A stretch of DNA of 64,000 nucleotides. Origin: a virus. This document shows, piece by piece, positions 11,501-23,400 of this stretch. The translations under genes and the position numbers were made by a program. Positions within the stretch are counted from its first letter, which is position 1. Each line of letters opens with the position of its first letter. The notes under the pieces were generated by a model. That model did no database searches and had not been told where the DNA came from. It was given only the letters and a program-made list of their open reading frames with translations. The stretch covers positions 34,434 through 98,433 of the IMG/VR virus record IMGVR_UViG_3300008113_000071, one strand, 5' to 3'.

Positions 11501-11975
11501 TCAAGCTAATAAAGCTGGCATTTATAATGCTAACATTAATACAATGAATGATGCTCAATTAAAAAACTTAAGCATTCTTGACAGACAGTATGAAAGACAA
11601 GAGATGGCTAAGAGTAATACAAAAGCTACAAACTTGGAAGCATTAAAATCTATTACAGATAAATATGCTCAGAATAAACTATCTAATAGAACTCTTGCTA
11701 CATATGAGAACTTGTACAACTATAGATATGACCCAAGCTTCAGAGCTCAGAATATGAATCCTTTGGCTAAATTCAATATACCAACAGTTACAACTAAACT
11801 TCCTATTTATGATAACAGTGGTAATATTGTTGGATTTCAACAAGCTGATGGTAGTAGTGCACCAGCTGGAGCAACTCCTCCATATGTAGCTCCTGGTAGT
11901 AGGAAGACAGAAGAGAAACCTAAATCAGCTGTTGCAAGAAATGGTTCAATCGTTAAAGCACTTAAAAATTTATAA
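8514..11975 (+). CDS. Virion cargo/ejection protein with Gly-rich membrane-like segment and peptidase M15-like domain
   Basis: GPSHEDGGM...VEVEGGE motif; glycine-zipper GVLGGIGTAFGGPVGGMIGKALG; SIHNIGGAKD...WDPGH zinc-peptidase pattern; Q/N-rich coiled C-terminus. Confidence 0.65.
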   Translation: MKSQFLKIAGVKSEKAFYKKYPTEAAFFKAHPEAKKMANGGEQDKGQIKKLQQLTDFGNPPMAQFGLNLPDPFSFGQTNPSLNTKGLTGLGAQQPTGFGQYVAGMGQSNKALKRNYSQMFGNFQTGQNISSGIPSTLGATGATKGAGFMAGLNKFADKAAPYVDSAMDVVEGIGMIKQQKEAKRQAKQQAQLTGLFSQAANTRPEQIERKYVRPEDMMIQPEQLFPSYGVGTNVLAQDGAMIGGNPTEIMNTFAPDTIYTDSGYEPLNDTSRLKAYYHGGKMRKAQGGLSAALNSGGFGEFMTEKGGEDILGSLTSLTQGRGGPSAGNKIGSGVLGGIGTAFGGPVGGMIGKALGSVVGGLFDNTGQQIRRYNEQSDRNISNVIAQQTGMGIQNKYSSYLEDGGAIDDEHAWVSHSWQPQVIATFGEHKLEDLLQPPNDADMLRAGGHLRSYTPPSAQAMYTGREQFAMGGDLKVHRGEAETMSYNPYLPEGGETIMFRGPSHEDGGMPIEYGSSPVEVEGGEPAVKLQDGTSGDSSLVVYGNLVNPKTGKKFKKDAEEISKNEAKQNKKIDKASTGLDNLNVNSSFDKLGLDTYNAIITGANMKLKQYAEDKMDLAALQSAINDTAEEYGLIADDLAKGKVKPDTSKDATAKYGTSLPKAQDGIIAKKFAAAKAEAEAALKALYPGKKVEIKYGSEDRPIAGGGNKPSQRGLKGSGASKTDVSIHNIGGAKDFLIYVDGKVVNDANVYKQTLHPAAQKQGLFTIGDWDPGHVTIVKEGVGNPFATALQQYPELKNSKVYKDTVTFLEKQVNSKQASPSELRAYSQLTGKSVKGTPAYTPDYAAIAKQENAPTQEWQDIPPFYVPPAPNIPPTTDTTTTLPIGATPPKLTPPWSGLINSIIPRLRPSDAEAFDTAQITPELYAMISNNLEPVQAQKYIPQLLNPYDISLQDQLNANQADFNAMARMTGGDASALAPLAAQKYAANSRVLGEQMRINQANKAGIYNANINTMNDAQLKNLSILDRQYERQEMAKSNTKATNLEALKSITDKYAQNKLSNRTLATYENLYNYRYDPSFRAQNMNPLAKFNIPTVTTKLPIYDNSGNIVGFQQADGSSAPAGATPPYVAPGSRKTEEKPKSAVARNGSIVKALKNL

Positions 11976-12015
11976 TTAAAACAGTTATAGCGAATTAACA
12001 AAAACGCTTATAACA

Positions 12016-12047
12016 CTTGGAAAATATAATGTTTTCCATTACATTTG
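12016..12047 (+). promoter_or_regulatory. Bacteroidota housekeeping-sigma promoter upstream of the ejected-protein/RNAP operon
   Basis: CTTG (12016-19), 20-nt spacer, TACATTTG (12040-47); ATG at 12064. Confidence 0.7.
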
Positions 12048-12063
12048 TTAAATTAATACAAAC

Positions 12064-14430
12064 ATGGCTTCATTCACAGATAAAATACCACAGTTTAATC
12101 CCTACGTTCAACAATTGCCTGTTCAGGCGATGGTTGAAGTTGGTATGGAAAAACAACGTCGTTATGATGAGGGTGTTCAAAAAATACAAGCAAGTATTGA
12201 TAACGTTGCTGGATTAGATATTATTAACGAAACACAAAAAGTATATCTACAGTCTACACTCAATCAATTAGGATCTAATCTAAAGATGGTTGCTGCTGGT
12301 GATTTCTCTAATTATCAATTAGTTAATTCTGTTTCAGGAATGTCTACACAAATTATTAAAGATCCAGTTATTCAAAATGCTGTAGCTTCAACTGCTAGAT
12401 ATAAAAAAGGAATTGCTGATAGAGAAGCATATAAGAAAGAAGGTAAAGATTCTCCTTCTAATGATTTTATATTTAATCGTGCAGCAAGTCAATTTATAAA
12501 TAGTAAAGATGTTAATGCACAATTCTCAGCTAGCTATGATCCTTATGTTAATTGGAAGAAGAATAGCTTAGAGGTTATTAAAGCCTTAGCTAATGATTCA
12601 ACTATTACAGATGATGCTTTTACAACTGATGCTAATGGAAACTTAGTTATCACTGATGCTCTTGTTCGTAAAAAGATGTCTGGTATCTCTCCTGAGAAAA
12701 TTCAACAAGCTCTTCTTTCTACACTAACTCCTGCTGACTTTAAACAGATGCAGACAGATGCTATTTATAATTACTCTAATCAGGATGCTGATCAGTTTAA
12801 AATTAGTATAAATAACTCTTATACAGATAAGTTACAAGGTTATTCTCAACAGATATCAACATTACAAAACTCTAAACTATCTACTACATCAAACGTAGAG
12901 AAACAAAAAATAGATCTACAAATAGCATCTCTTAGTAAAACAGTAGCTAATCTTACTAAGGAACAGAGCAACTTAATTGGAATGATTGATTCTGATAACT
13001 TAGATGGAGCTAAAGCTCAATTTGGTACATTCAATTCTATCAATGGAATAGCTAAATCTTTTTCTCATTTAGAAGTTTCTCAAACTTATGAAAGTAGTCC
13101 TCTTGCTGATATGCAAATGCGAAGAGAGATTAAAGAACAAGCTCATCAAGAATGGCTAGATAAGTTTAATCAAGATGAAAGATTCCATGCTGATGATCTT
13201 GCTGAAAAAAGAGAAGCTAATAGAATAGCTAAACTTGCAACAGAAGGATATGGAGCTCTTCCAGCAGAAGTTGAACAAACTGATCCTAAAGTTGTTCTTG
13301 CTGATGTTGTTACAAGTATTGAAGTTGGAGATAAAGAATTAGGAACTTATAAGAATCAATTCTTAAAAGAGCAAGGTAAAGATCAGAAATGGTTAGACCA
13401 ACAACAACTTGCTTGGGAGAAAAATCCAAATGGAGTTGATGCCACTGTTTCAAAATACTTTAATGCTGTAGCAGATAAACAAAGAACGATTGATGCTAAT
13501 AAAACCATGCTTAGTAACATTAATGCAGAAGCTGATGAAAAATTTGGATCACTTGATGATTTTATTCCTAAGAATGCACCAAATGTAATATACGCTACAA
13601 AGAGTGGACTTAGAGAAGTTTATACTCCAAAAGACTTTGTTGATTTTAATGCTAAGTTTAGTAGATACGTTGATTATAGTTTACCAGCAGGAAAAGCTGC
13701 TAATCGAACAAAAGTTTATTTAGATGATAAAGCTAAAGCTGAACTATCTCCAAAGGAGTATAGATTATATGAGATCTTAAAGAATCCAGCAGCAGCTGAA
13801 AAAATGGTAGGAAATAAAACGCTATTAGATAATTTAATTAATTATGGTAAAGTTATAAATCCAACTTATCAAAAAGTTGTTAAAGAAAGAAACGATTTTA
13901 CAGCTCAACAGGTTGCTGATAGATTAACTGGAAGTCAAGGTGCATATTATACAATTCCAACAGCAAGTGCTGAACAAAGAGATTCTATGGCTGGTTTGAT
14001 AAATTCATATATTTCAAGAGCAGCAAAACAAACAGGTGGTGTTGCAATATCTCCTGAATGGGATAGTGAAATAGCTAAAGCATTAATTCTTGATCCAAAA
14101 GCAAAATTTCTTATTAAATTAGTAGAAGGAACAGAAGCAAGACCTGTTAAATATGAAATTGTTGGAGCTGGTGATGCAGGTAGAATTAGGTTTAATATGA
14201 CAGCACAAGAAAAGATTGCTGTGTTTGAAAATAGATTTGAAGCTAGTCCTGCTGTTAGAATGATTAGACCATATATTCCTTATCCTAGAAATAAGTTTCT
14301 TAGTGAAGAAGCAGTTGCTCCAGCACTTATTACAATGACTGATGCAGCAATCTATGAATTACTAAATGATGTTCCTCCTTCAGCAGCAGAATTACAAAAA
14401 TTAAAACAAGCTAATAAAAAACCTTTATAA
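12064..14430 (+). CDS. Putative ejected (cargo) protein
   Basis: 788 aa, helical/coiled composition; N-terminus FNPYVQQLPV; immediately precedes the RNAP gene, as in crAss-like gene order. Confidence 0.55.
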   Translation: MASFTDKIPQFNPYVQQLPVQAMVEVGMEKQRRYDEGVQKIQASIDNVAGLDIINETQKVYLQSTLNQLGSNLKMVAAGDFSNYQLVNSVSGMSTQIIKDPVIQNAVASTARYKKGIADREAYKKEGKDSPSNDFIFNRAASQFINSKDVNAQFSASYDPYVNWKKNSLEVIKALANDSTITDDAFTTDANGNLVITDALVRKKMSGISPEKIQQALLSTLTPADFKQMQTDAIYNYSNQDADQFKISINNSYTDKLQGYSQQISTLQNSKLSTTSNVEKQKIDLQIASLSKTVANLTKEQSNLIGMIDSDNLDGAKAQFGTFNSINGIAKSFSHLEVSQTYESSPLADMQMRREIKEQAHQEWLDKFNQDERFHADDLAEKREANRIAKLATEGYGALPAEVEQTDPKVVLADVVTSIEVGDKELGTYKNQFLKEQGKDQKWLDQQQLAWEKNPNGVDATVSKYFNAVADKQRTIDANKTMLSNINAEADEKFGSLDDFIPKNAPNVIYATKSGLREVYTPKDFVDFNAKFSRYVDYSLPAGKAANRTKVYLDDKAKAELSPKEYRLYEILKNPAAAEKMVGNKTLLDNLINYGKVINPTYQKVVKERNDFTAQQVADRLTGSQGAYYTIPTASAEQRDSMAGLINSYISRAAKQTGGVAISPEWDSEIAKALILDPKAKFLIKLVEGTEARPVKYEIVGAGDAGRIRFNMTAQEKIAVFENRFEASPAVRMIRPYIPYPRNKFLSEEAVAPALITMTDAAIYELLNDVPPSAAELQKLKQANKKPL

Positions 14431-17400
14431 TGGCTGATAATACTCCTATCCCCCCTTTAGTTGACAGAACAGCATTAGAAGATGCATTTGGTGGTTACGA
14501 ACCACAAGGTGCTCCTGCTGATTTACCCAATGTAGCATTCAGAGGATTAGATAAGTCTAGTGCTACTGCAGGCACAGGAGAACCTGTATCTATATTAGAT
14601 GCTCTAGAGAATAGTCTTACATCTATGCCTAGCAGTGTTAAGCTAACAGGTGGTGGTATTCCTAGAAGTATTGCTGAATTAACTTCTTCTAGATACAAAG
14701 CATATGTTCCTGGTGATTATAATAACGAGGATGCATATGCTCAAGGACAGGGATGGACTGAGAAAATGGTTAATAGTGTTGGTAAAGGATTACTACTTGC
14801 TGGTGGTACATTTTTACAAGGCACTGTTGGTTTAGTTAATGGTGTTGGTAGAGCTGCTATTGATGGTAGAGCTGCATCATTCTATGATAATCCTGAGAAC
14901 AGAGCATTAGATGATTTATATAAATGGTCTGAAGATTTTGCTCCTGTATTTCAAACTGATGCTTATAAAAATTTAAACTGGTATAGTCCTTCTAAATTAT
15001 TTTCAGCAAACTTCCTATGGGATGGTATTGTTAAGAACTTAGGATTTGCTGCTGGTGCTTATTTATCAGGAGGTGTATATGCAGCTGGATTAAAAGCATT
15101 ACCATTAACAGCTAGATTATTCTCTGTTGGAAAAGCAGCAGAAGCTCTTGCAGCTACAGAACAAGGATTACTTGGTGCTAATAAAGTTGCAGATACATTT
15201 GGTAAAATTAAAACATTATCTGATAGATTTTTAACATCATATAAACTTTCAAGTGTTGGTGGTAGAGCATTAGTTGCAGGACTTTCTACAACTGGTGAAG
15301 CAGGATTTGAAGCTGCTGCAAACCTGAATGCATTTAGAGATAAAAAAATTCAAGAGTATGTAAGTACATATGGTGCAGAACCAGATGGAGAAGCTCTTGC
15401 TCAAATTAATAGAGAAGCTGAAGCAGTAGGTAATACATCATTCTTATTGAATGTTGGTTTATTAACTGCTACCAACTATATTCAATTCCCTAAGATTCTT
15501 GGTTCTTCATATAAAGCTGAACGAGGAATGGTTAACAATTTAACCAAAGAGATTGGAGAACTTACTACAGATGAAGCTGGTAAATATATTGCAGCTCCTA
15601 GTAGATTAGGAAAAGTATTAGGAACTCTAAACAAAGCAAGACCTTATATCTTCTCTGCTTCAGAAGGATTTGAAGAAGGTTCACAATATGCAATCCAAAT
15701 TGGAACACAAGATTACTATAACAAGAAAAGTAATAACGAACCAACTACTTTCTTAGATAGTTTAAGTGAGGGTATTACTCAAACCTTAGGAACTAACGAG
15801 GGTATGGAGAATGTTCTTATTGGTGGTTTGTCTGGTGCTATAATGCAAGCAAGAGGTAAGTTCTCTCAAGGAAGAGAAATAACTAAAAACACAGCTGCTG
15901 CAATTGAACAATTTAGTAAATTTAAACTATCTGACTTTAGTAAGGATACAATTGATTCTGTAAACAGAGGAACAACTATCCAAGAAGAAAGAGAACAACA
16001 GTTAAAAGAAGGTAATGTTGCTAACAGTAAAGATCTTGAAGCTGATTACATTATCAACTATTTAACTCCTCGTATTAAGTATGGTAGATTTGATCTTGTA
16101 AGAGCAGAGATTGATGATTACAGAGCACTAGCTTTAACTGATGCTGGCTTTGCACAATTACAAGCTGAAGGTAAAGCTCTTGCTACAGATACAAAAGAAC
16201 AGTATTTAGAAAGATTAAATGGCTTAGAAGCTACAGCTAATAATGTTAAATCATTATACCAATCACTAAACCTTCGTTATGGTGGTATGGTTAACTCTAA
16301 AGGTGAAGAAATTTATTCATCAGATGTGATGGATAAGATGGTTTATGCTGCATCTAAAGTGGCTGACTATGATAAACGTATTCCTCAATTAACTAGTCAA
16401 TTAACTGACACTAGTATTGATGTAATGGGTATTGTTGATGAACTTGTTAATGATAAGAAGTCTGATAAGTTTGATGCTGCAATAGTTGAATTAGAACAAG
16501 GAAAAGCAATCACTGCAGAAGAAGATATTCAAACATTACAAGATATTGGAAAACTTTCTCTTCGTAGAGATTTATTCTTAAATGAATATAGTGAGTTAAA
16601 GAAAAGTCCTGAGAAGTTTAAGGAACCAGAACCTCTTGCAGAAACTGCTAAAGTTCCTGGAGCACCTGTAGAAACTGTTACCATCAAAACAAAAGATGGT
16701 GATGAAGATATTGAGGTGGGCACAGAATACTTCCTAGGTAAAGTTACTGAATATAGTGCTGAAGGAAGTGAGGTTTATCGTTTTCCTACACTAACTATTG
16801 TTGGAGAAAATGAAGATGGTACAGTTCAAATTAAAACCTCTACAGGTGAGATTAGAAATGTATCTAAAGATGTATTAGCTGATTACAAACTTGGAAAGGT
16901 TAGTGATACGCTAAACAATAAGAAAGCTAAATACTTCATGGACAACATCAATACCATGTTTGAACACTATGGTATTAAAGATAAAGATGGTAAACCTGAA
17001 GTTGGTAGATTAGAATACTCTCTAAAGAAAGATAAACTTGTATTTGTATACAAAGATGATAGTGGTAAGATTGTAAGAAGAGAAGTATTGAACACTATGT
17101 TCAAAGCTGCTGAAGGTTACAGAGATGCAATGGTTCGTGAGATTGGTAAGCTTACAGCTACTCAAACAGAATCTAAGAAAGCTTTTGTTGAAGACACTAC
17201 TACAATGTCTGACAAGCTTAGAGTTAGAAACCAGATTGTTACTGACTTATATGAGAACAGTGTTAAACGTGTTCAAGAGATTGAAGATAAATTAACAAAG
17301 AATAGAGAGAAGTTAAATGAGATAGCTGATTCTTTAGATGCTGCTAGCAAAACTAAAGATGGTAAAGATCGTAAGAGAATTACTAAAACTTTAAAGAAAT

Positions 17401-20400
17401 CTATTAATGAACTATCTTCTTTACGTAACAATATTGAGAAAGAGAACAATGCACTATTAGGTGAGAAGAATGAATTGGAAGTTAACATTCCATTATTCAA
17501 AAACTTTATTGATGAGTTAGCTTCTCTTCCTGAAGATAGTAAAGAGTTTGTTGCTCAGTTAAAAGATGATGTTTCTACTTTTGAAGATTTAATTGACATT
17601 ACTAACGATGCTATTAAATCTAATAACACTTTATTACAGGACATAGACAAAACATTATCTGATGCTCTATCTGTCTTTACTGATTACATCAAACGTTTAA
17701 GAGAAGAGAATCCTGGTATTCCTTTGTTCATGGATGAATTGGTTGCTAAGCTTGAGAAGTATCAAGGTGAAGAAGGAGCAAAACAATTTATTGCTGAACG
17801 ATTAGGGTTTACTGATTTAGTTGCAGATCTAGAATCTGATATAAATGATTTCTCAGCAGAACTTAAACTTCCTGAGCTAACAGCTAAAGCAGATAAACTA
17901 TCTAATGATATCAAGGAACTAAGAAAAGGTCTTGATGATTTAGTTACTCAACAGATTGCTAGAAGAAACATTCTAGATGCATTTGAAGAGTTTGTAGAAA
18001 AACAAAAACAAATTAAGCTTGAAGAAAATAAAATACAAGCTGATAAACAATTACTAGCACAGTTCTTAGGAACTATGGATAACAGTGTTCAGAATAATCC
18101 TGAACCAACTAAAGGTTATGAAGCTGCTAGCAAGAAACCTTGGCAATCTGTTGTAGGTGGAACTGTTGCTCCTGGATATAAAGATGCTGAAAAGTCTTTC
18201 AATAAAAGAGCTAATAACTTTGGATTTAAGTTTAATAGTTTAGAGAACAAAGATTCTATTCGTGGTGTAGTTGTAACTAATGCTACACAGGATCAAATCA
18301 TTCCTGGATTAACAGAACACTTAATTGGTGAGTCTGGTTTAGATCCTAAGACTGTTATTGCTTTAGTAATGGTTCAGGAGAACAAAGATGGTTCTTATAC
18401 ATTAGTAGATGAGAATGGTGTAGCTATTCCTGAAGGAGCTGACTTACTTAACACTGCTATCTTCCAAGTGTTTCCAACTGAAAAGTTAGAAGCTACTTAT
18501 GATGGTAAGAAAGAAAGTATGTTCAGAGAAACAACTCCTGAATATGTAGAAGCTTCTTTAAGAGAACAATATACTGGTTGGAGAGAGAATGAATTAAAAC
18601 AAACTCAATTAGGTCAGCCACAAGGTATCACTGCTTCTTTTGGTATTCCTCAATATGTAACTAGATTAAATGAAAAAGGAATAGAAGAAAGAAACTATGA
18701 TGCTAGAGTTTCTGCAGAAGAAGCTGGTTTAGTTGATTCTGAAATGTTAACAGAAGAACCAGTAATCGCTGTAGCTACAAATAATACCTCTATAACAAAT
18801 GGTTCTGTTACATTCACTACACCTCTTGGACGTGTGTTCTTACAGATTCCTGGAGGCTTAGCTAAGTTATTTAATAGAAAGTTTAATAGCAAAGAAGCTA
18901 ATACTATCTATGATGTAATTCTTCAGTTGACTAAGAATGCTGTTACAGATGGTGATATTAAAACTGAAAAATCTCAACGATTAATCAATTGGTTAAAGTC
19001 TACAGTTTATTGGGGTATTGCTAAAAATCAAGCTGGTGAAAGAATACCTGCTGGATATAATAACGTATGGTTTGAAGAAGTTAATGATGAAGATGGTAAA
19101 CCTGTAACTAAGTTATATATTTCAGGTAAGGGTGAAGGATTTGAATTTACTCCAACATCATTGGAAGAAAACAAAGGTGAGATTGTTACATTGTTACAAA
19201 ACATGTATAACAATACTAATGCTACAATGGTTAATCAAAATGCATGGAACAATCCATACTTTGAAATAACTGGTATTGATAGCAATGGTGAACCTATAAC
19301 TAAGAAGTGGGACAACTACCAAACATACTTATTATCTTCTGAAGGAAGAACTAATGAAGAGATTCCATTAGCTACACAATTCAAACCAATCACTGATACA
19401 GCTCCTGTAAATAGAGTGGGTATTTATTTTACATTAGATACAACAGTTGATGATTATGTAGTTCCTCAGAGTGCTCCTGTTGTAACACCAATGGAAGAAG
19501 CTCCTAAAGCTCCTGAACTTCCTACAGAATTTTTTCTTGCTCCTAAAACTCAACCTGAAGCTAAATCAGTAGAAGCTCCTAAACAAGAAGGATTTGTATT
19601 AGATGGTGTTAAAGAAAATACTGTTCAACTAGGAACATTTGGTGCTGTTACATTTACATTAGATGGTAAATTGTACAATGAAACTAATGGTGATAAAGGA
19701 TTTAATCCTACCATTCCTGCATCTGTAACAGAGGCTGTAATGAAAGCTAAAGATGTTACTGAAGAAAAAGCACAACAAATTATTGCTGCATCTGTTATTG
19801 CTAAGGTGGCTCCACAATTAGAATCAATGAAGCTTCCTGTTGTTGAACCTATTGTAGAGTTTACAGAAGAAGAGAATGATGAGTGGAATAACTCTGCTCC
19901 TAATACACCAGATGATACAGCTTATCGTTTACAATTAGTAAAAGAAGCTAAACAGTTTGACACTGAAATCTGGCCTAAGGTAGAAGAGTTCTTGAGAACT
20001 AAATTCCCAATGCTTCCTATATACAGAGTGAAGAATGTTATTCAGGCTACTAATGGTAGACAAGCTTTTGGTATGCTTCATAATGCTGCTATCTACTTAC
20101 AAGAGAATGCTCAGGTAGGTACAGTTTATCATGAAGTGTTTGAAGCTGTATGGAAGATGTTTGCTACTCCTGAAGAAAAGACTGCTTTAATTAAAGAGTT
20201 TAGAAACAGAGAAGGAAGTTACACTGATAGATTTACAGGTGAGGAGATTAAATACTCTGAAGCTACAGAAGCTCAATTAAAAGAAGAGATTGCTGAAGAG
20301 TACAGAGACTTTGAATTATTTGGTAAAGCTCCAGATAGATCTAATGGTAAATCTTTAATCTCTAGATTATTCTCTGATATAGTTAACTTCTTCAAAACAT

Positions 20401-23400
20401 TCTTCACTGGAAAGAATGCAGCTAATAACACAGAAGAGTTATTTAAAAAGATGAGCAGTGGATATTATGCAGAAAACTATAATCCATACATTGCTCCATT
20501 ATCTTTTGCTAACGTTGGTGTAATTGATATACAAGATGCTTTTGGTGGTCCTGATGCAGAATATAGATTAGAAACCATTCCTGCTACACAGGTTAATGAG
20601 ATCATGCAACAAATGACTTATAGCACTCTTACTGATTTAATTAAAACAGATAAGAGCTTATTCACTATTGCTTCTGTCAACAAGAAAGAACTATATGAGA
20701 AACTTCAGAAGGAACTTCTTGAAATAGTTAGATGGAAAGGATCACAATATGAAAGTGCTGCAGCTAAAGGTGAATTAACTAATGAGGAAGCAGCTCGTGA
20801 GGTGGGTAACTTAAAAACTCTTTACAAGAATATCAAAGCTGATTGGAATGATATTATTGCTAAACATCAAGAATACTTAAAGACTTATTCTATTGAGTTT
20901 GATGAGAACGATAATAGTATTCTTACTGATGAGAATAACTCAGGTAAATCTGATTACCAAGCTGCTAACAAAATTGATTCATTCAGAAGAGCTAATAGCG
21001 CAATTAAAATCTTATTAGCAACTCTTCCTGTAACTGAAGTTACTAATGAAGGTGTTAAGATTAAACGCTCATCTATTGGTGGTGCTGTATTAATGCCTTC
21101 TGATCAAGTGTTTATTAACTTGATGAATCAATTACATGATTCAACTAATGTTGATGATATGTTTGATAGATTAAGAACTATGGCTTTGGGTAATCCAAAC
21201 TATGCTTCTCTATACAAACGCTTAACTAAACTTGCTCCATCTGAACAAGTTGATTTTAGTAAACTTGATGATACTGGATTGCAATTAGTTTCTGCATTCT
21301 GGAAATCATTCAAGAGACAAAATGCTGATGTTATATCTGTGTTTGTTCTTCCTGAAGGAGATATTGTTATTAGTGATTCAACCTTATCATCTGCAGCTAA
21401 ACAATCTAAACGTGATATGACTGCTAACTTGATTAATACAATCAAGGGTGATAACAAGTATGTTAAATATGATCCAAAGACATTTAAGTATAATGCATTA
21501 GGAGCTATTAATAATGTACAGTTTACTGGTTCTCAATTAAATGGATACACTGACTTCTTAAAGAATCTAGGAATTGAATTTGATATTAAGGCTGTAAGAA
21601 AGCTTAATGATGATCAATTAAAAATGTTTAGAAAAGCTGTAGAAGGATTAAAAACAAGTATTTCTCAAATAGAAGATGTAGCAACTCTTTCTACAAAAAC
21701 TTTAAACATTGATGGTCGTATGTTAGAGCTTGGTACTATTCAAGCTATAATTGAAAACCCTACATTTGAATCTACATATTTTAATATCAATGGTGAACGT
21801 ACACAGAACTTCATTGGTACAAATGCATTAAGTGGTTTATACGATGTTCTTTCTAAGATAGATAACATTAATGATCTAGCAGGTACAGAATATGCTTTCC
21901 TACTTACTGATGTATTTAGTAAAGGTAATTCTAGTGTGATGTTAAACAAGATGTTTAATATTGCTAAGTCTGGTGGACGCATTAAAGGTAGTGAAGAATT
22001 TATGAAACCTGTATACATTGATGGTACAATCAATGAACAAAAAGGTAAGAGTAAAGAATCTTCTAAACTTAATTACAAAGAACGTCTCATCCAAGAGATC
22101 AATCTTAACTTATCAGGATTCTATCTTAATCTTGTTCCTGGAGATGCATCTATGGAATGGGCTATTAAAATGCACAAAGAGGAATCTCCTTTTGTAACTG
22201 AAGAATCTTATTTAACAAAAGACTATCTTAACATATTCAAGAACTACTTCATCTCTGAGGTGGAACTTGCTAGAGATGGTCGTAAGACAGTTAAACCAGA
22301 AAACAGTAAAGACTTACGTTTCTTCAAAGCTATTCTTGGTGATGCTTTACACAAGCAAATCATGACCAAGGCTAATCTTAAACTTTCTCCTGAGGAAGTA
22401 TATGAGAATAACAAGAAAGAAATTAATGCTGCTGTAGAAGAGTTTATTAAAAATGATGCCCAAGATACTCGTGAACTACTTGCAGGTTATGGAGCTATTG
22501 GGTATGATGAAGATGGTTTGTATGTAGAGAACCTTGCATTTGGTGATAACATCACTGAGCAATCATTGAACACTAAATTACAATTGCTTTCTGTTAACTA
22601 CATGATTGCAAACATTGAAATGCATAAGCTTGTTTATTCTGATCCATACCAGTATTCAGATGAGTTGAAGCGTATTAAGAACTTTAACTCTCCAAGACAA
22701 CCTCTTGTGTATGGTTCTAAAAAGATTAACGCTGCATTTAATAAACAATATAACAAAGGATACTCTAAAGATGATATTGGTTACACTGATATGAATAGAG
22801 ATGTATTCAGATCATCTGTAATCAGTGATGTATTTACAGTTGGTAGTCTTCCTGGATATGAAATTCCATTTGAAGAAACTGATGGTGGTGGTTACATCTC
22901 ATCAAAAGCTAATCGTATTTTTGGTATTCGTTCTGGTGAATGGACTGAGGATAATGAAAAACAATACAGATATGATGTAGCTTGGGAGAAACGTGATAAA
23001 GGATTTGATTTATCTAAAGATGAACAACTTCTTTTAGCACAAGGTAATCCTAATGTAAGAAGTACTTACACTCCAAGAAAACCTATTGTATCTGGAAGTA
23101 AAGCTGATGGTAAAAACTATAATGATATTGTTCTTGATAAGTTTGCATTAGTTCCTCTATCATATCGTCTTCTAAAAGAAATCAATGCTGATTCAAATGC
23201 AATTAAGTTGTATGAGAAAATGCAAAGAGACGATGTTGATTATGTAGTTTACAACACTGGTAGAAAAGTTGGAGCTGGTATAACTACTCCATTATATAAT
23301 GAAGATGGTTCATTTAATAATAATCCTTTCGAAGAAATAAACAATATTCCATTTGCTATCATGGGTGTACAAACAGAGGTGCCTTCTAAAGATACTCCTC

